A stretch of 64,000 bases of DNA, taken from contig NIVC01001072.1 in NCBI GenBank assembly GCA_002269645.1, positions 62,001-126,000 on the forward strand, read 5' to 3'. Below, one piece after another: positions 40,040 through 51,592 of the stretch. The notes beneath the pieces are model-generated. The model did not search any database. It was not told where the DNA came from and saw only the letters and a list, made by a program, of their open reading frames with translations. The stretch's first letter is position 1; each line of letters starts with the position of its first letter. This DNA is from Macrostomum lignano. Taxonomy: Eukaryota. The translations under genes were made by a program, and so were the position numbers.

Positions 40040-41652
40040 GTCTCTTTTCCCCGTGCTCCGCAATCGGAAGGGGGGTCGTATGGTATTTTGTTGTACTTTT
40101 TATTTGCAACTCAGTTTGTCATAAATTACCATAGACTAATTTCCTTTTACAGTTCTTTCTCGCAGTTAAGTTTCTCGCCCCAATCCTTCTCGTCGTTAAC
40201 TCATAAAATATATGCAATTCAAATCTAAGTTAAGTTGTAATTTCACTACAAATGCTTCACGTTACAAAAACCACAAACTTAATTTTATCTGAGATAAAAG
40301 AATCTTATCTGCTCGTACATTCTAGTAGTATCATTCGGCCTAAATAGGTCAGATAGCCTTTTTCAGGAGATATTCCTCTAAATTATGGCCAGTTCAGTCA
40401 GCAATAATATTGTCGTTTTGGCCGTATACGAGTACATGCCAAATTTGAATGCGCCTGAGTACATACCAGATTTAATTATTTTGTTTTCTCTTCTTCGCAA
40501 ACTGCATAAGGATATTTTATTGCATATCTGTGAACTGGTTGCATTATAAACAGTTTAAATATTCGTTTTATTTTTTTGCCGAAAAGTCGAAAGCTGTTTG
40601 GCAGTAATTTAAACGGGAAAAATTCGAGGGACTTTTTGTCTGTAAACTACATGACATACCAAAAGCCTGCAAACAAAAAAGGCTGTAAATTCATTGGCAG
40701 AGCTTCTGGTGGATTATTAACAGCTTACAAAAAGTCACTAGATACACAATACAATGTTACAGAATCATTCAAACATTATAAAAACTTCTTGACACTAAAT
40801 TTTAAACACAAAAAGGATAAAAACAAAAGCTTTACCTTAATAAACGCCTATATACCCCCACTGTCTTCAAAATATTATGAAGAAGAAAATTGGGAACAGT
40901 TAACAATTCTCCTGGATGCTTATCACTCCGAAGAAAACATCTTCCTTATTGGAGACTTCAATGCTCATATATACAATACCTCGTACATAGATTTAAATTC
41001 AATATATACCACCAGAGCAAAAAACATCTCACTTACTAGACAAAGCCAATACAAGAAAACCTGCAAAAATGGTCCCAGTGGGAAATTCTGGTACGCCCAA
41101 GGGTGCGCAGACCGCGGCGCCCGGTGGCCTGTGGCCGGTAGCGGGGCGCACTCTTTGTCCAGTCGGGGCGCCGGCCTTATACCCGGCGCCCGGTGGACTG
41201 CCCAATAAATTAAGGCAAGAATTGGTTTACTCTACTAACAGTAGTATGCAGGGCTTTTACTGATATATTTTGCTCTGGCAGCAGCCTAGCTTTCTGGTTG
41301 TTTCAAAATTGAATTTATTTCCAAATAATTTTCAGAGCTATCTGATTTTTTTAAGCAATTGTCTCTTCCATTATAAATTTAAACAACCTTGCTGCTACCT
41401 GCTTACGAAGTTTGCCTTTTGTAAATTTTTTTGCAGTTCTTTAGAAAATTAGTTTGAGTCTATGAATGAAATCGAATAAGAAACTTAAATGTAATGAAAT
41501 TTGAATTTATTTAGCGAAGTTAAATGGAACTGATATTAAAACACAATATTAGAACGAAAAATAGTTAAGTTTTTGGCAACAAAGGTGTTGAAAGAATGTC
41601 AGTTTTAAAATCATTTTGACAGCATTTACTCGTAAAATACGTGCTCTCATAA

Positions 41653-44600
41653 TTAGAAGATTTTAAATTGTCCATCATCCAGCTCTCGCTGATCTTCGGA
41701 CCAGTTTGATCCACTTGATTCGGTTTCGTCATCAGATTCGAGAGAGCAGTCAGTGCGGTAGTTGGTTTTTGACTTTGCTGAACGGGGGCGATGGTTGTTC
41801 CGCTTTCGAGGCTGAGAATCCAACTGAATACTCGCTCGCTTTCTGGATTGGGAGCTCGGCTTTGCTGTCGCCGCTGGCGGCACTTCTCCCGCTGATAGTC
41901 GCGATGGTGTCTGTGACATTGGAAAGAAAACAAAAAATTACTGCATGCACATTTTATCTTACTGATAGTAGTATTTAATGCTTAGCAATCATAGTATTCA
42001 TCGTTCATTATTCAGTTTAGATACGTTTTTACTCACTAGGGAAAAAGAAGATGAATGGCTGTGTCTTTGCACGGCGCTGCCAGAAGCGGGACTTTGAGTC
42101 GCTGCCACCAAAGACCGTCTTTGCACGGCGCTGCCAGAAGCGGGACTTTGAGTCGCTGCCACCAAAGACCGTCTTTGCACGGCGCTGCCAGAAGCGGGAC
42201 TTTGAGTCGCTGCCACCAGAGATCGTCTTTGCACAGCGCTGCCAGAAGCGGGACTTTGAGTCGCTGCCACCAAAGACCGTCTTTGCACGGCGCTGCCAGA
42301 AGCGGGGCTTGGAGTCGCTGCCACCAGAGACTGTCTTTGTACGGCGCTGCCAGAAGCGGGGCTTGGAGTCGCTGCCACCAGAGACTGTCTTTGTACGGCG
42401 CTGCCAGAAGCGGGACTTTGAGTCGCTGCCACCAGAGACTGTCTTTGTACGGCGCTGCCAGAAGCGGGGCTTGGAGTCGCTGCCACCAGAGACTGTCTTT
42501 GTACGGCGCTGCCAGAAGCGGGGCTTGGAGTCGCTGCCACCAGAGACTGTCTTTGTACGGCGCTGCCAGAAGCGGGACTTTGAGTCGCTGCCACCAGAGA
42601 CTGTCTTTGTACGGCGCTGCCAGAAGCGGGGCTTGGAGTCGCTGCCACCAGAGACTGTCTTTGTACGGCGCTGTCAGAAGCGGGGCTTTGAGTCTGGACT
42701 CCGGAAAGCAGCTGGCTTCCTGTGCGATGCGACCGCCCCTTTAATCGGTCACCGCCATGCTTTAGCTGCTGTCTGCAAGTATTTCTTACAGATTGTTCAG
42801 AGGGCCTGCCGGCTTCAGCGGTCGCGCCATAGATGAATGTGATTGCTTCTGTTAGGAAAAAAGTTGAAAGTTACTATGAATAGCATGCACTGTGCTCGAC
42901 TAATTTCTTGATATTTAGCTCTAAAAGTCTCATTGAACGTTGATTAAGTAGACTTACTTTGGAAATGGCTGAGCAGAGTGCTCTGAAATCCAAGCTGCGC
43001 ATCAGTAAGGTTGGTCGCAACTCCAGCAGCAACAGCTCGGCTTCGCATGTCTGACCCGATTAAATTAATAACCGCCTGCATCTCTTTCGACAAGCTCTCG
43101 TTAAGCATTGCCATTAAAGCATCGGACCACTTGTCTCGCTTGCATGAACGTAGCAGGCTCTTCTGTTTAGATTTTTACAGGTGAGAATACTTATAGATTA
43201 TTATTTCAGTGATAGTACTAGTGCGCTTTGAGTAGTAGTTAGAGCATTTCTTCTAATGAAAAGAAAATAAAAAACTCTGTCATGAACTTACCAAAGTAGA
43301 AATATGTTCATTTGGACTGGAAGCGAATTGCACATATTTTTCCCAGGAGTTGATCGGCCAGAATGAAGGCTCAGAATTATCAGTTGGAATGTCAGCGCCA
43401 ACAGGTTCCAAAAAGCGTAGCACGCTCTGCACTTCAGTGCGCATTGCGGTGATTTGTTTGGTCAAACTTTTTCTAATGCTTTCAATTCATTCTTGCGCAT
43501 AGTAAGTTCGCGTAGGGCATATAAGGACAGAAACTTGATGCCTCTTGGACTTTCCAGCTCAAAGCTAACACCGGCTTGGATCTGCTCTTCTAGTTTTCTA
43601 AGAAAGCCAGAACCAAAATTAAAAGATGAAATGGTGGGAGGCGACTTAGGAATCGTCGATCGATCATCTGCTACGAACTCAGCTTCTATTTCAGCTTCCG
43701 CCTCAGCTTCCACCTCAGCTCCCATCTCAGCTTCCACCTCAGCTTCCGCCTCAGCTTCCGCCTCAGCTCCCATCTCAGCTTCCACCTCAGCTCCGATCTC
43801 AGCTTCCACCTCATCTTCCGCTTCAGCTTCCGCCTCAGCTTCCACTTCAGCTTCCGCCTCAGCTTCCACTTCAGCTTCCGCCTCAGCTTCCGCCTCAGCT
43901 TCCATATCGGCGTCTACGCCAGCTTCTGCTTCATCATCACTAATAGGAGGCATTGGCGCTAACTGTGCAATCGTAGGCGGATGTTGTTTAGGCAGCAAAG
44001 CTGGAGGTTGCAAACAGCGGCTGCTCTTATCTTCGAAGATTGCCTCGGAATCGGTGGCTGAGCCGTCTGACAGATTCTGTTTGGGATGGTTACGGCATGA
44101 GAAATTATCAAGTTAATGTCAGTTTTAAAGATTATTTTCACATTTAATTTCTTCCCTTTTCTTAAAAAATAGTTTAAAAGGTAAAACGGAGAAAACAAAG
44201 TTCTCGATAAAAATTATATGGGCTGTGCTTAATTTTACCTTAGTCTGGTAATGCCTTCGTGCTTTCTTCATGTCACGCTCCTGAAAGACTCTGGGTTGAA
44301 CCAACTCGAGAATTCGGTTCAGTCGGGTCTTTTTGGCCACCAATTCACGCACAAAGCGGAAGCTCCCAGGCTCTAGGTTGTTGCTTAGTATTACCTTTAA
44401 ATTAATGAGAAAATATGAGCGTACAAATATTAGATCGATTCAAGAATTTTAACATTTCAATCGTTGGGATCGGTTGCTTACCTGAATAATTAGAGCAGAG
44501 TAAAAACAGCCTTCATACAAGGCTTCACACTTCCACTTCTCAGTGGAGTCCCTCTTTTCTAACCATTCCTCTTCCTTAAGGTTTTGAAAGCCTTCAGGAA

Positions 44601-44667
44601 GCTTCACTTCGCTTTCCGAGACCTCAACAATTTGACGGTCGTCTTTAAAGATCACTAAAAACTTCAT
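41653..44667 (-). CDS. Transposon accessory protein, DUF4806-like, 6 exons: complement(join(41653..41910,42037..42848,42958..43162,43292..44076,44239..44394,44482..44667)), one frameshift near 43470
   Basis: Five phase-compatible GT-AG introns; FWPINSWE and [15 protein letters not shown] recall DUF4806 proteins of animal EnSpm elements; an A5 run one base short breaks the frame in exon 3. Confidence 0.68.
42060..42690. repeat. 54-bp coding minisatellite ([18 protein letters not shown] repeats on minus strand)
   Basis: ~11-12 units, in frame within exon 5 of the accessory gene. Confidence 0.9.
43680..43920. repeat. Hexamer-based repeat (TCAGCTTCCGCC) encoding a Glu-Ala tract on the minus strand
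   Basis: Seen directly; [11 protein letters not shown] in ORF 43462-44013. Confidence 0.88.
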
Positions 44668-45031
44668 TGTAGCATGCAGACTAGACTATGCTAGTGCAAA
44701 ACTGAGTACCAAATAAAGCAAGAGTTTGGAGCTCACACTATAGTTTATGCTTATTTAATGATTCAGTGGTTTAGGTTGCTTCTAGAAGCAATTGTCTTCT
44801 ATAGTTCTTCGAATGAAAAAGGCCGCCCTGGCTTTTCCAATTTCATTGGCCCTACCGTCCCCGCATCCATACCTGTCCAATCAGCGCGCACAAACCCCCA
44901 AAGGAATAGTTTTCAATTCTTCCCAGCTTTTGTTCATATCCTTTCTTTAATACGAAATAAGCAATCGTAGTAATTACTTTATTATTATTACAACAGTCAA
45001 CTATCATCAAAGTCTGATTCGGACGAAAACA

Positions 45032-47059
45032 ATGACAAGGCAATTGAGGCGACAAGCAAATAAGGATTTGCTGGGCTTGTTCATGGAAGGAGAACAAGAA
45101 GCTTTGGAAGACATCGCACTGCAAGAGAAAAAAAGAAAAGTATTCGAAGCAGATGATTCTGGGAGAGTCGCCGGTTTCATCGCTTCGGAGTCCTCTGTAG
45201 CAGAAGTCAATGAAGGTACGGATCCAGATCTTGACAACGACAATGGCAGCTATCCTGATTTTGACGAGTTCGCGCGAGTTTGCAGCGATGAAGATGAGGA
45301 GATTGACAAGAAAGAGGATGACCGCTCTTTAGAAGATAAAATATTCGCCTTGCTGGTAGTCTACTTTTCTTGTTTCAACCTAAGTCGTGGATCTAAAAAA
45401 TTCCTTGTTGATGGTCTAAGAGACATAGGCTTGCCTGCGCCGAAGTCTGTCAACTCTATTGAGGCCGTCATCAATGCTGGCGATCCAACGGAAAAATTGG
45501 AGCCCATGGGAAAAGGCCATTTTCGCTACATTTCGATTCTGAAAAATCTAGAACTAATGTTTCGCAAAAACCAGCTGCACATGAAGCCAGAATATCTACA
45601 ACACGATAGTGAAACTGAGAAGGTTTACAAAATTGAAGCCATCGTTAATTTTGACGGCTTGCCTTTGTACCGAGCAAGCCACTTCGGTCTTTGGCCCATA
45701 CTTATGTCTATTCCCAGCATATTCAGCAGACCTTTTCCAGTAGCCGTATGGGCTGGTTGTGGCAAGCCACCTCTGAATGATTATCTTCGACAATTTTGCG
45801 ACGAGGCTAAACGTTTTCTTACGGGTCCAATAAAAATTATCGAAAATTTAAGCATCAGCTTCTCGACTATCCGATTTGTTTGCGATGCGCCTGCTCGAGC
45901 CTGGGTCTCAGTAACTCAAGGGCACATGTCGTACGTCGGTTGCATGTACTGCAGGGCTACTGGACCTTATACCGACAACAGAGTAACATTTTCAACGAGC
46001 GTCGGGGAGTCTCGTAGCAGCCAACAATACCGAGAGGGAAAGGAGTCTAACCAGGAAAATAAAAAAATCGCTCTATCGCCCCTTCTAAATTTGCCTAACA
46101 TTAGTTTTGTCGATGCTTTTCCCCCTGACTACCAGCATGCCGTATGCCTTGGAGTCACAAGGAAGCTATTTTACCTATTTTTCGACAAATCTAATGGCAA
46201 GAAGTGTCTCGTCTATCCCGGTCCGATGAGCCTATTGGGCGACCGAATTACTATGGCTGCCGGTTGGACACCTTCAAACTTTCAACGAAGACCCCGGAAA
46301 ATCGACTTGGAACTGAAGCACATGAAGGCTACTGAATTCAGACAGTACTTGCTGTACCTAGGACCTGTCCTCTTCAAAGGCATTTTAAATGAAGAAAGGT
46401 ATAACCACTTTCTTTACCTCCATTTCGCCATTTACGCATACTCCAACGAAAGGTACTCCAAGTGGTGGACGCAGGCAAAAACTTGCATTGAAGTTTTTGT
46501 TGAACGGGCTGCCCACCTTTACGGCCAGAAGTTTATAAGTTTCAATCTTCACACTATTCTTCATTTGGATGAGTTTGTCCGAAAGCTAGGCAGTTTAAAC
46601 AACTTTTCGACTTTCCCTTTCGAAAACTTTCTTGGATCTGTAAAGCGCCGCGTAAAGGTGACAAGGCACATGGCAGCGCATTCAGTTAAGCAGGTGCTCA
46701 GAGTTCGCGATCTTCTGTTGAATGAGCAGCGAATTCCACCGTTGAAATTCAGCACAAAGCGAGGTGATAATTGTTGCATAATCGACAAAGTATGCGTCCT
46801 AATCGAAGCTGTAAGTGAAGCTAATCAAGTCACTGGCAGGATTTTACACCCAGTTGACAACATCTACGCCAACCCATATCCATCTTTGCGTCTGGGAATC
46901 GGCTTGTACAGGATGACATCTGGTGTTCTAACTGGCACACCTGAGCGAAAGTGCTGGATTTTGCCTGCGAATCTGCTTGCCAATCTTGCTGGAGCGGACA
47001 GGGATCCAGCAAGCCATTTTTTTGTCATTCCTCTGACAGGTGACTCCGAGGAGGCCTGA
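45032..47059 (+). CDS. EnSpm/CMC-type DDE transposase, 675 aa
   Basis: NFDGLP, LWPIL, CDAPARA, GH..Y.GC.YC, DYQHAVCLG, KATEFRQ.LLY.GP, FNLH...HL, FPFEN; uninterrupted ORF. Confidence 0.9.
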   Translation: MTRQLRRQANKDLLGLFMEGEQEALEDIALQEKKRKVFEADDSGRVAGFIASESSVAEVNEGTDPDLDNDNGSYPDFDEFARVCSDEDEEIDKKEDDRSLEDKIFALLVVYFSCFNLSRGSKKFLVDGLRDIGLPAPKSVNSIEAVINAGDPTEKLEPMGKGHFRYISILKNLELMFRKNQLHMKPEYLQHDSETEKVYKIEAIVNFDGLPLYRASHFGLWPILMSIPSIFSRPFPVAVWAGCGKPPLNDYLRQFCDEAKRFLTGPIKIIENLSISFSTIRFVCDAPARAWVSVTQGHMSYVGCMYCRATGPYTDNRVTFSTSVGESRSSQQYREGKESNQENKKIALSPLLNLPNISFVDAFPPDYQHAVCLGVTRKLFYLFFDKSNGKKCLVYPGPMSLLGDRITMAAGWTPSNFQRRPRKIDLELKHMKATEFRQYLLYLGPVLFKGILNEERYNHFLYLHFAIYAYSNERYSKWWTQAKTCIEVFVERAAHLYGQKFISFNLHTILHLDEFVRKLGSLNNFSTFPFENFLGSVKRRVKVTRHMAAHSVKQVLRVRDLLLNEQRIPPLKFSTKRGDNCCIIDKVCVLIEAVSEANQVTGRILHPVDNIYANPYPSLRLGIGLYRMTSGVLTGTPERKCWILPANLLANLAGADRDPASHFFVIPLTGDSEEA

Positions 47060-47833
47060 TGTAGGACGCGTGAGTCGCAAGTGAGTACTAAAAATATCTT
47101 TCTCTGGTTTTTTATATCAATCCGATTTCCTTCTATCTCGATTCTCGTATTCCCTGTATTCTGCAATTCTGCAATTTCTTCCTGTATATGTTCTCAGCTT
47201 CAACACGCAGACATGATTGTAGATTGTGAGTTAAATATTAGTATATTACGATGCATACTCGATCGCAACTGCCATTTTATCTTTACTTTTAGGATCCGCA
47301 GTTTCACGAGTTTACTACAAGCCTGGCGATCGGTCATTCATGAACTGGAGTTATTTTAGAGACTGATTATATTGATTCTATCTTTATTGTTTACATTCTT
47401 GAACCCTAGAATTAGGTACAGCTTAAAATTCGGTGTTATAGAGGCCGGAGGGGTAATTTAGCTCAAAACTGTGTAGGAGGGGTGGAGGGGCCGGAAACTT
47501 AGTGGGAGGTGATGCCGCTGTATGTGGCTGAAATGGGGGATTTATTTTCTTAAACCCCAGTATACGAGTATGAAATACTAATGGTATTGTATACAGTATT
47601 CCTACCTCCAATTCAAGCCAACAGAATTTTTGTAATATTTTACTTATCCCATTGATAATAATCAACTAGCTGCACAACTGTAATTTCCATCTGTTACCAT
47701 CTGGTTTTACTTTTAAGCACATATAAAATGCTATGAATATTTTCTTTCTTTTGCTGGCACCTATTTTAGGTCAGATCGAATCAATACTTTCCGTATCAAA
47801 GTATTTATGTGTTTATGCTAGGTTGTAACTTAT

Positions 47834-47836
<3 letters not shown>

Positions 47837-47878
<42 letters not shown>
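47837..47878. repeat. (TA)n microsatellite
   Basis: Seen directly. Confidence 0.9.
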
Positions 47879-47881
<3 letters not shown>

Positions 47882-48759
47882 CAGACCTTGTCAAGCCTCG
47901 CACGAAATTCGTCTTTGTTCTTCCTTTATCTTTGGTGCAATATGGGAATAGAAAAAACTTGATGACCTGCACTGATAAGGAGTCAGGACAGTTTGTTTGT
48001 TTCGCATAGGTTCGCTTAAGCAGGCAAGAACGGTACAACGTAGAAATTCCCATATCACTTCTCTAGCCTTTCTTCTAACCCCCCCCACCCAACTGAAATG
48101 AATTGGCCAAAATTAGCTGTCACCTCTAGGTTAAAATAATTCCTTGCATTGCCCTGTCATTACGGGTTATTGCCACTGGCCAGGAAATTCAAAACATTTT
48201 TCTAAGAGCAACTCAAAATGAGTAAGCTTTATACAGGCTATAATTGATGAGAGATTTCTGTTAATGAGAGATAAAGCCCACACGGGTTTTATTGATGTCG
48301 GGTTGTAAAAGACGATCGCAAATAGAGAACAATATAGCGAGAATATTCAAGCTGGCGGACGTGCGCCGAGCTATAATTTTCTGTTAACTCGGGGATTCAG
48401 TAAGACTAGAATAATTGAGTGGCAAAAACTGTCATGAGAACGCAAAGGCACTTTGAAACCTTTATGATTCAGTGGATTTATTCATCCGGAAAAATGACAA
48501 GGCGGGGGTTAGATTGTTATTTATTCATGACCTGTCCCATTTGAGCTCTGACCGCCTCTGAATATGAAAACTGAGAAAATATCTATGTCTATGTATCCCT
48601 CCTTATCAAAATGTGACTGAGTGACTGTGCCCTACTCGTAATCGGGGAGATAAATGAAGGGGAGACAGGGGAGACAGTCTCCTATCTCCAATCTCCCATG
48701 TCTCTTATTTGCCATTATGCAGTTAACTGGGCCCGTCATGCATAGCCTACTGCAGGCTG

Positions 48760-48870
48760 CAGGGGTCAGCAAACTCCAGCCCACGGGCCACATGCGGCCC
48801 GCAGTCTCTCTATCCAGCCCTCGGGTCCTTTCTAACTTCCCATGCCAATAACAATCCAGCCCGCTCAAGG
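48760..48870 (+). mobile_element. hAT (Charlie-like) MITE terminal fragment
   Basis: CAGGGGTCAGCAAACT...CGGGCCACATGCGGCCC resembles Charlie-type termini (recall only); other end not found. Confidence 0.4.
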
Positions 48871-48961
48871 TTTGCATCTCTTCTCAGCTTTTTTGCTAAT
48901 TTCTTCTCCTTTTCTCATCAAAATCTCCCCTCTCTCCTCCTTTCCCCTCTTTCCTTGCTCC

Positions 48962-49149
48962 CAGTGGCGCAACCAGGGGGGGCGGGGGGGGGGGGGCGGG
49001 CCCCCCCCTTAGGCGGAGACCCAGAAAAAATTGAAGGGGGGACCAAGCGAATTTTCGCCAAAAACAGAGCCTCCCTCCGCCCCCTCCCTCACGGGACTTT
49101 ACCTTCCAGAATCCGCCCCCCCCTCAAAAAATTTCTGGTTGCCCTACTG
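48962..49149. mobile_element. hAT-type MITE, 188 bp, nested in the EnSpm element
   Basis: TIRs CAGTGGCGCAACCAG / CTGGTTGCCCTACTG; perfect 8-bp TSD CTTGCTCC at 48954-48961 and 49150-49157. Confidence 0.9.
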
Positions 49150-49486
49150 CTTGCTCCCTTCCTCTGACATCTCTCCTTTCGCCTCTCTCCTCTCTCCCTT
49201 TATCTCCCTTCTTTCTCTCATCTCGCCTCTCTCCTCTCTTCCCTCCTCTCACATCTCACATCTCTCCCCTCTCCCCTCCACTCTCCTCCTTCTGGCCCGC
49301 AGTCTTGAGCTAGATTCTCTATCTGGCACTTAAAGTAAAATAGTTAGCCAATCCCTCGCAAGGAATTTCGATCATTACAATGAGCAAAAGTTGACATTAA
49401 CAAAATTTTGGCGGGCGCGTTGTGCCAAGCCTGAACAGCTTCTCTAGACAGCACTCTGTGCTCTCCAGAATTACTTGAACTGTTAG

Positions 49487-49602
49487 CAGTGGCGCAAGCA
49501 GAATTTCTTATGTGGGGGGGGGCGGATTCTGAAGGGTAAAGACCCAAGGGGGGCGGAGGGGTGGCTCTGTATTTTGGCAAAAATGCGCTTGGTCCCCCTT
49601 TA
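49487..49602. mobile_element. Partial, oppositely oriented copy of the same hAT MITE family
   Basis: CAGTGGCGCAAGCAGAATTT...GGGGGCGGATTCTG...GGCTCTGT..TTGGC.AAAAT..GCTTGGTCCCCC aligns with the reverse complement of ~49030-49149. Confidence 0.75.
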
Positions 49603-50032
49603 ATACAGCTTGGCAAACCTGATTGATTTTCCGGGATTTCCCCTGTCCTAGTTGTATTTCTCTAAAATTCTGGAAGATAAATCGAGATTCTAGATAATAG
49701 CTGCATCTAAGATTAGTTTGTTTTGCTATCGCATTGTACCGTACAATTAATTATTGAAAATTTTAAACCTTTGCTGGCATACGCATATGTTATCTTTGAC
49801 CTTACCTGTTGTTTAATAGGTAAATTATTACTGTATGGAGGTACATGTAGATATAGGCATTTTGACTGTCAACTGTCCACCCCATACAAGCATACGGCTT
49901 TCAAATAATTATGCAACCTTGTGCAAGGGTATGCCGCCTACTTACATGTAAAACTTTGAAATGAGTATTTATTTACGCCACTATCCAAGGGGGGGGGGCG
50001 CGGCCGCGGGAGACCGACAGCGGAGACCGCCA

Positions 50033-50412
50033 CAATTTGCCCGCCAGACAATTTGCCCGCCAGACAATTTGCCCGCCAGACAATTTGCCCGCCAGACAAT
50101 TTGCCCGCCAGACAATTTGCCCGCCAGACAATTTGCCCGCCAGACAATTTGCCCGCCAGACAATTTGCCCGCCAGACAATTTGCCCGCCAGACAATTTGC
50201 CCGCCAGACAATTTGCCCGCCAGACAATTTGCCCGCCAGACAATTTGCCCGCCAGACAATTTGCCCGCCAGACAATTTGCCCGCCAGACAATTTGCCCGC
50301 CAGACAATTTGCCCGCCAGACAATTTGCCCGCCAGACAATTTGCCCGCCAGACAATTTGCCCGCCAGACAATTTGCCCGCCAGACAATTTGCCCGCCAGA
50401 CAATTTGCCCGC
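50033..50412. repeat. 16-bp minisatellite (CAATTTGCCCGCCAGA), ~23 near-perfect units, bounded by a 14-bp inverted repeat
   Basis: ACCGCCACAATTTG at ~50026 and CAAATTGTGGCGGT at ~50444. Confidence 0.95.
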
Positions 50413-51592
50413 CGCCCTATTTCACCTTGAATAGAACGGCGATCAAATTGTGGCGGTCAAATGTACTCGTAGATGTAGTAGACCCGGCGGCCGCCCCCTT
50501 TGCCATGGCTGGACTTGCATATAAGGGGGGTAAATTTTGAGCTTACTTTGGCTTTTTAGACCAAAACAAAAATTTGGGCAAATCTGCCCCCACTACTTTA
50601 AAAATCCTGAATTGACCACCAAATCGGACTCATCTAAATGAAAACTTAAGAATACAAGCAACATTGTACATGCGCTAGTGCTTAAGTAGTGGAGTATTAA
50701 AAAATATATTTTTTGTTGCGTTGATTTCGAAGATCAAAAGGTATTACTTATAAGTAGGTAGGCTAAAACGCACACTTTTGCGTTCACATCCAATTTCTGA
50801 AGTGTATGAAACTCAGAAAAATTTGCACGAGTCGCCTATACCCCACTTTGGAGCTTGCAGCAATTTTTCAAAGAGATGGCTGCTCAAAGGGTTAAAAGTT
50901 CAAGTTAGCTGTAGTATGAGGATTGGTCAATGCAAATAAATAATGAGCTCATTATACAAGAAAATAATTAATAAGGATATCAATAGTTCGCCCCACTGTC
51001 CACTGCACGTACTGAAAGGCGTACTGTCAGGTTCGAGCACAAAAACACCCGAAACTAAAAAAATCAACTTTAAAAATTCTGCTCTTTACATAATTTCCTC
51101 ACAAAAATATTTCATACGTACAAAGAAGAAAACCTACAAACTTTTATCTTGCGGGATGGGGCGTACCCTTGAGGGCCGCCGGGGCGCCGGCCTAGAGGGT
51201 ACGCCCCAATTTTTCTAACCACTGGGGTAGACTACTTAACCAGATTGCTGACTCATACAACCTGCATCTAATCAATGGTAGATCACTATCAGACACAAAT
51301 GGTGAATTCACCTTTCTCTCAAAATCTGGTTCCTCTGTTATAGATCTCTGTTTCGTCTCTACCAGCTTACTCCAACACCTCGAAGACTTTAAAGTAAAGA
51401 ACCACACCTACTTTAGCGACCACAACCAAATAGTGCTCTCCCTATCAAGTGAATTCACAGAGGAAATCACAGAAACTAAACAAGCAACCAATAACTCGAA
51501 AACGAGATACAGAGTCCTAAAAAAGTCACATAGCTAAACCCAACCTGCAACAAGAAAAACATATCAATAACTTCGCAAATGACCTGAAAAAC

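Larger units (their letters stand above)
41074..51226. mobile_element. EnSpm/CACTA (CMC superfamily) DNA transposon, 10,153 bp
   Basis: TIRs CCCAGTGG (41074) and CCACTGGG (51219-51226), 2-bp TSD GT, GC-rich subterminal motifs (GGTACGCCC, GGCGCC) at both ends, intact transposase; excision restores the LINE frame KNG|RLL. Confidence 0.92.

Noticed and set aside
42051-42836. Plus-strand Cys/Arg repeat ORFs
   Set aside because: Antisense to the spliced minus-strand accessory gene, whose frame is supported by splice phases.
49938-50540. Six overlapping repeat ORFs
   Set aside because: Arise from the stop-free 16-bp unit.
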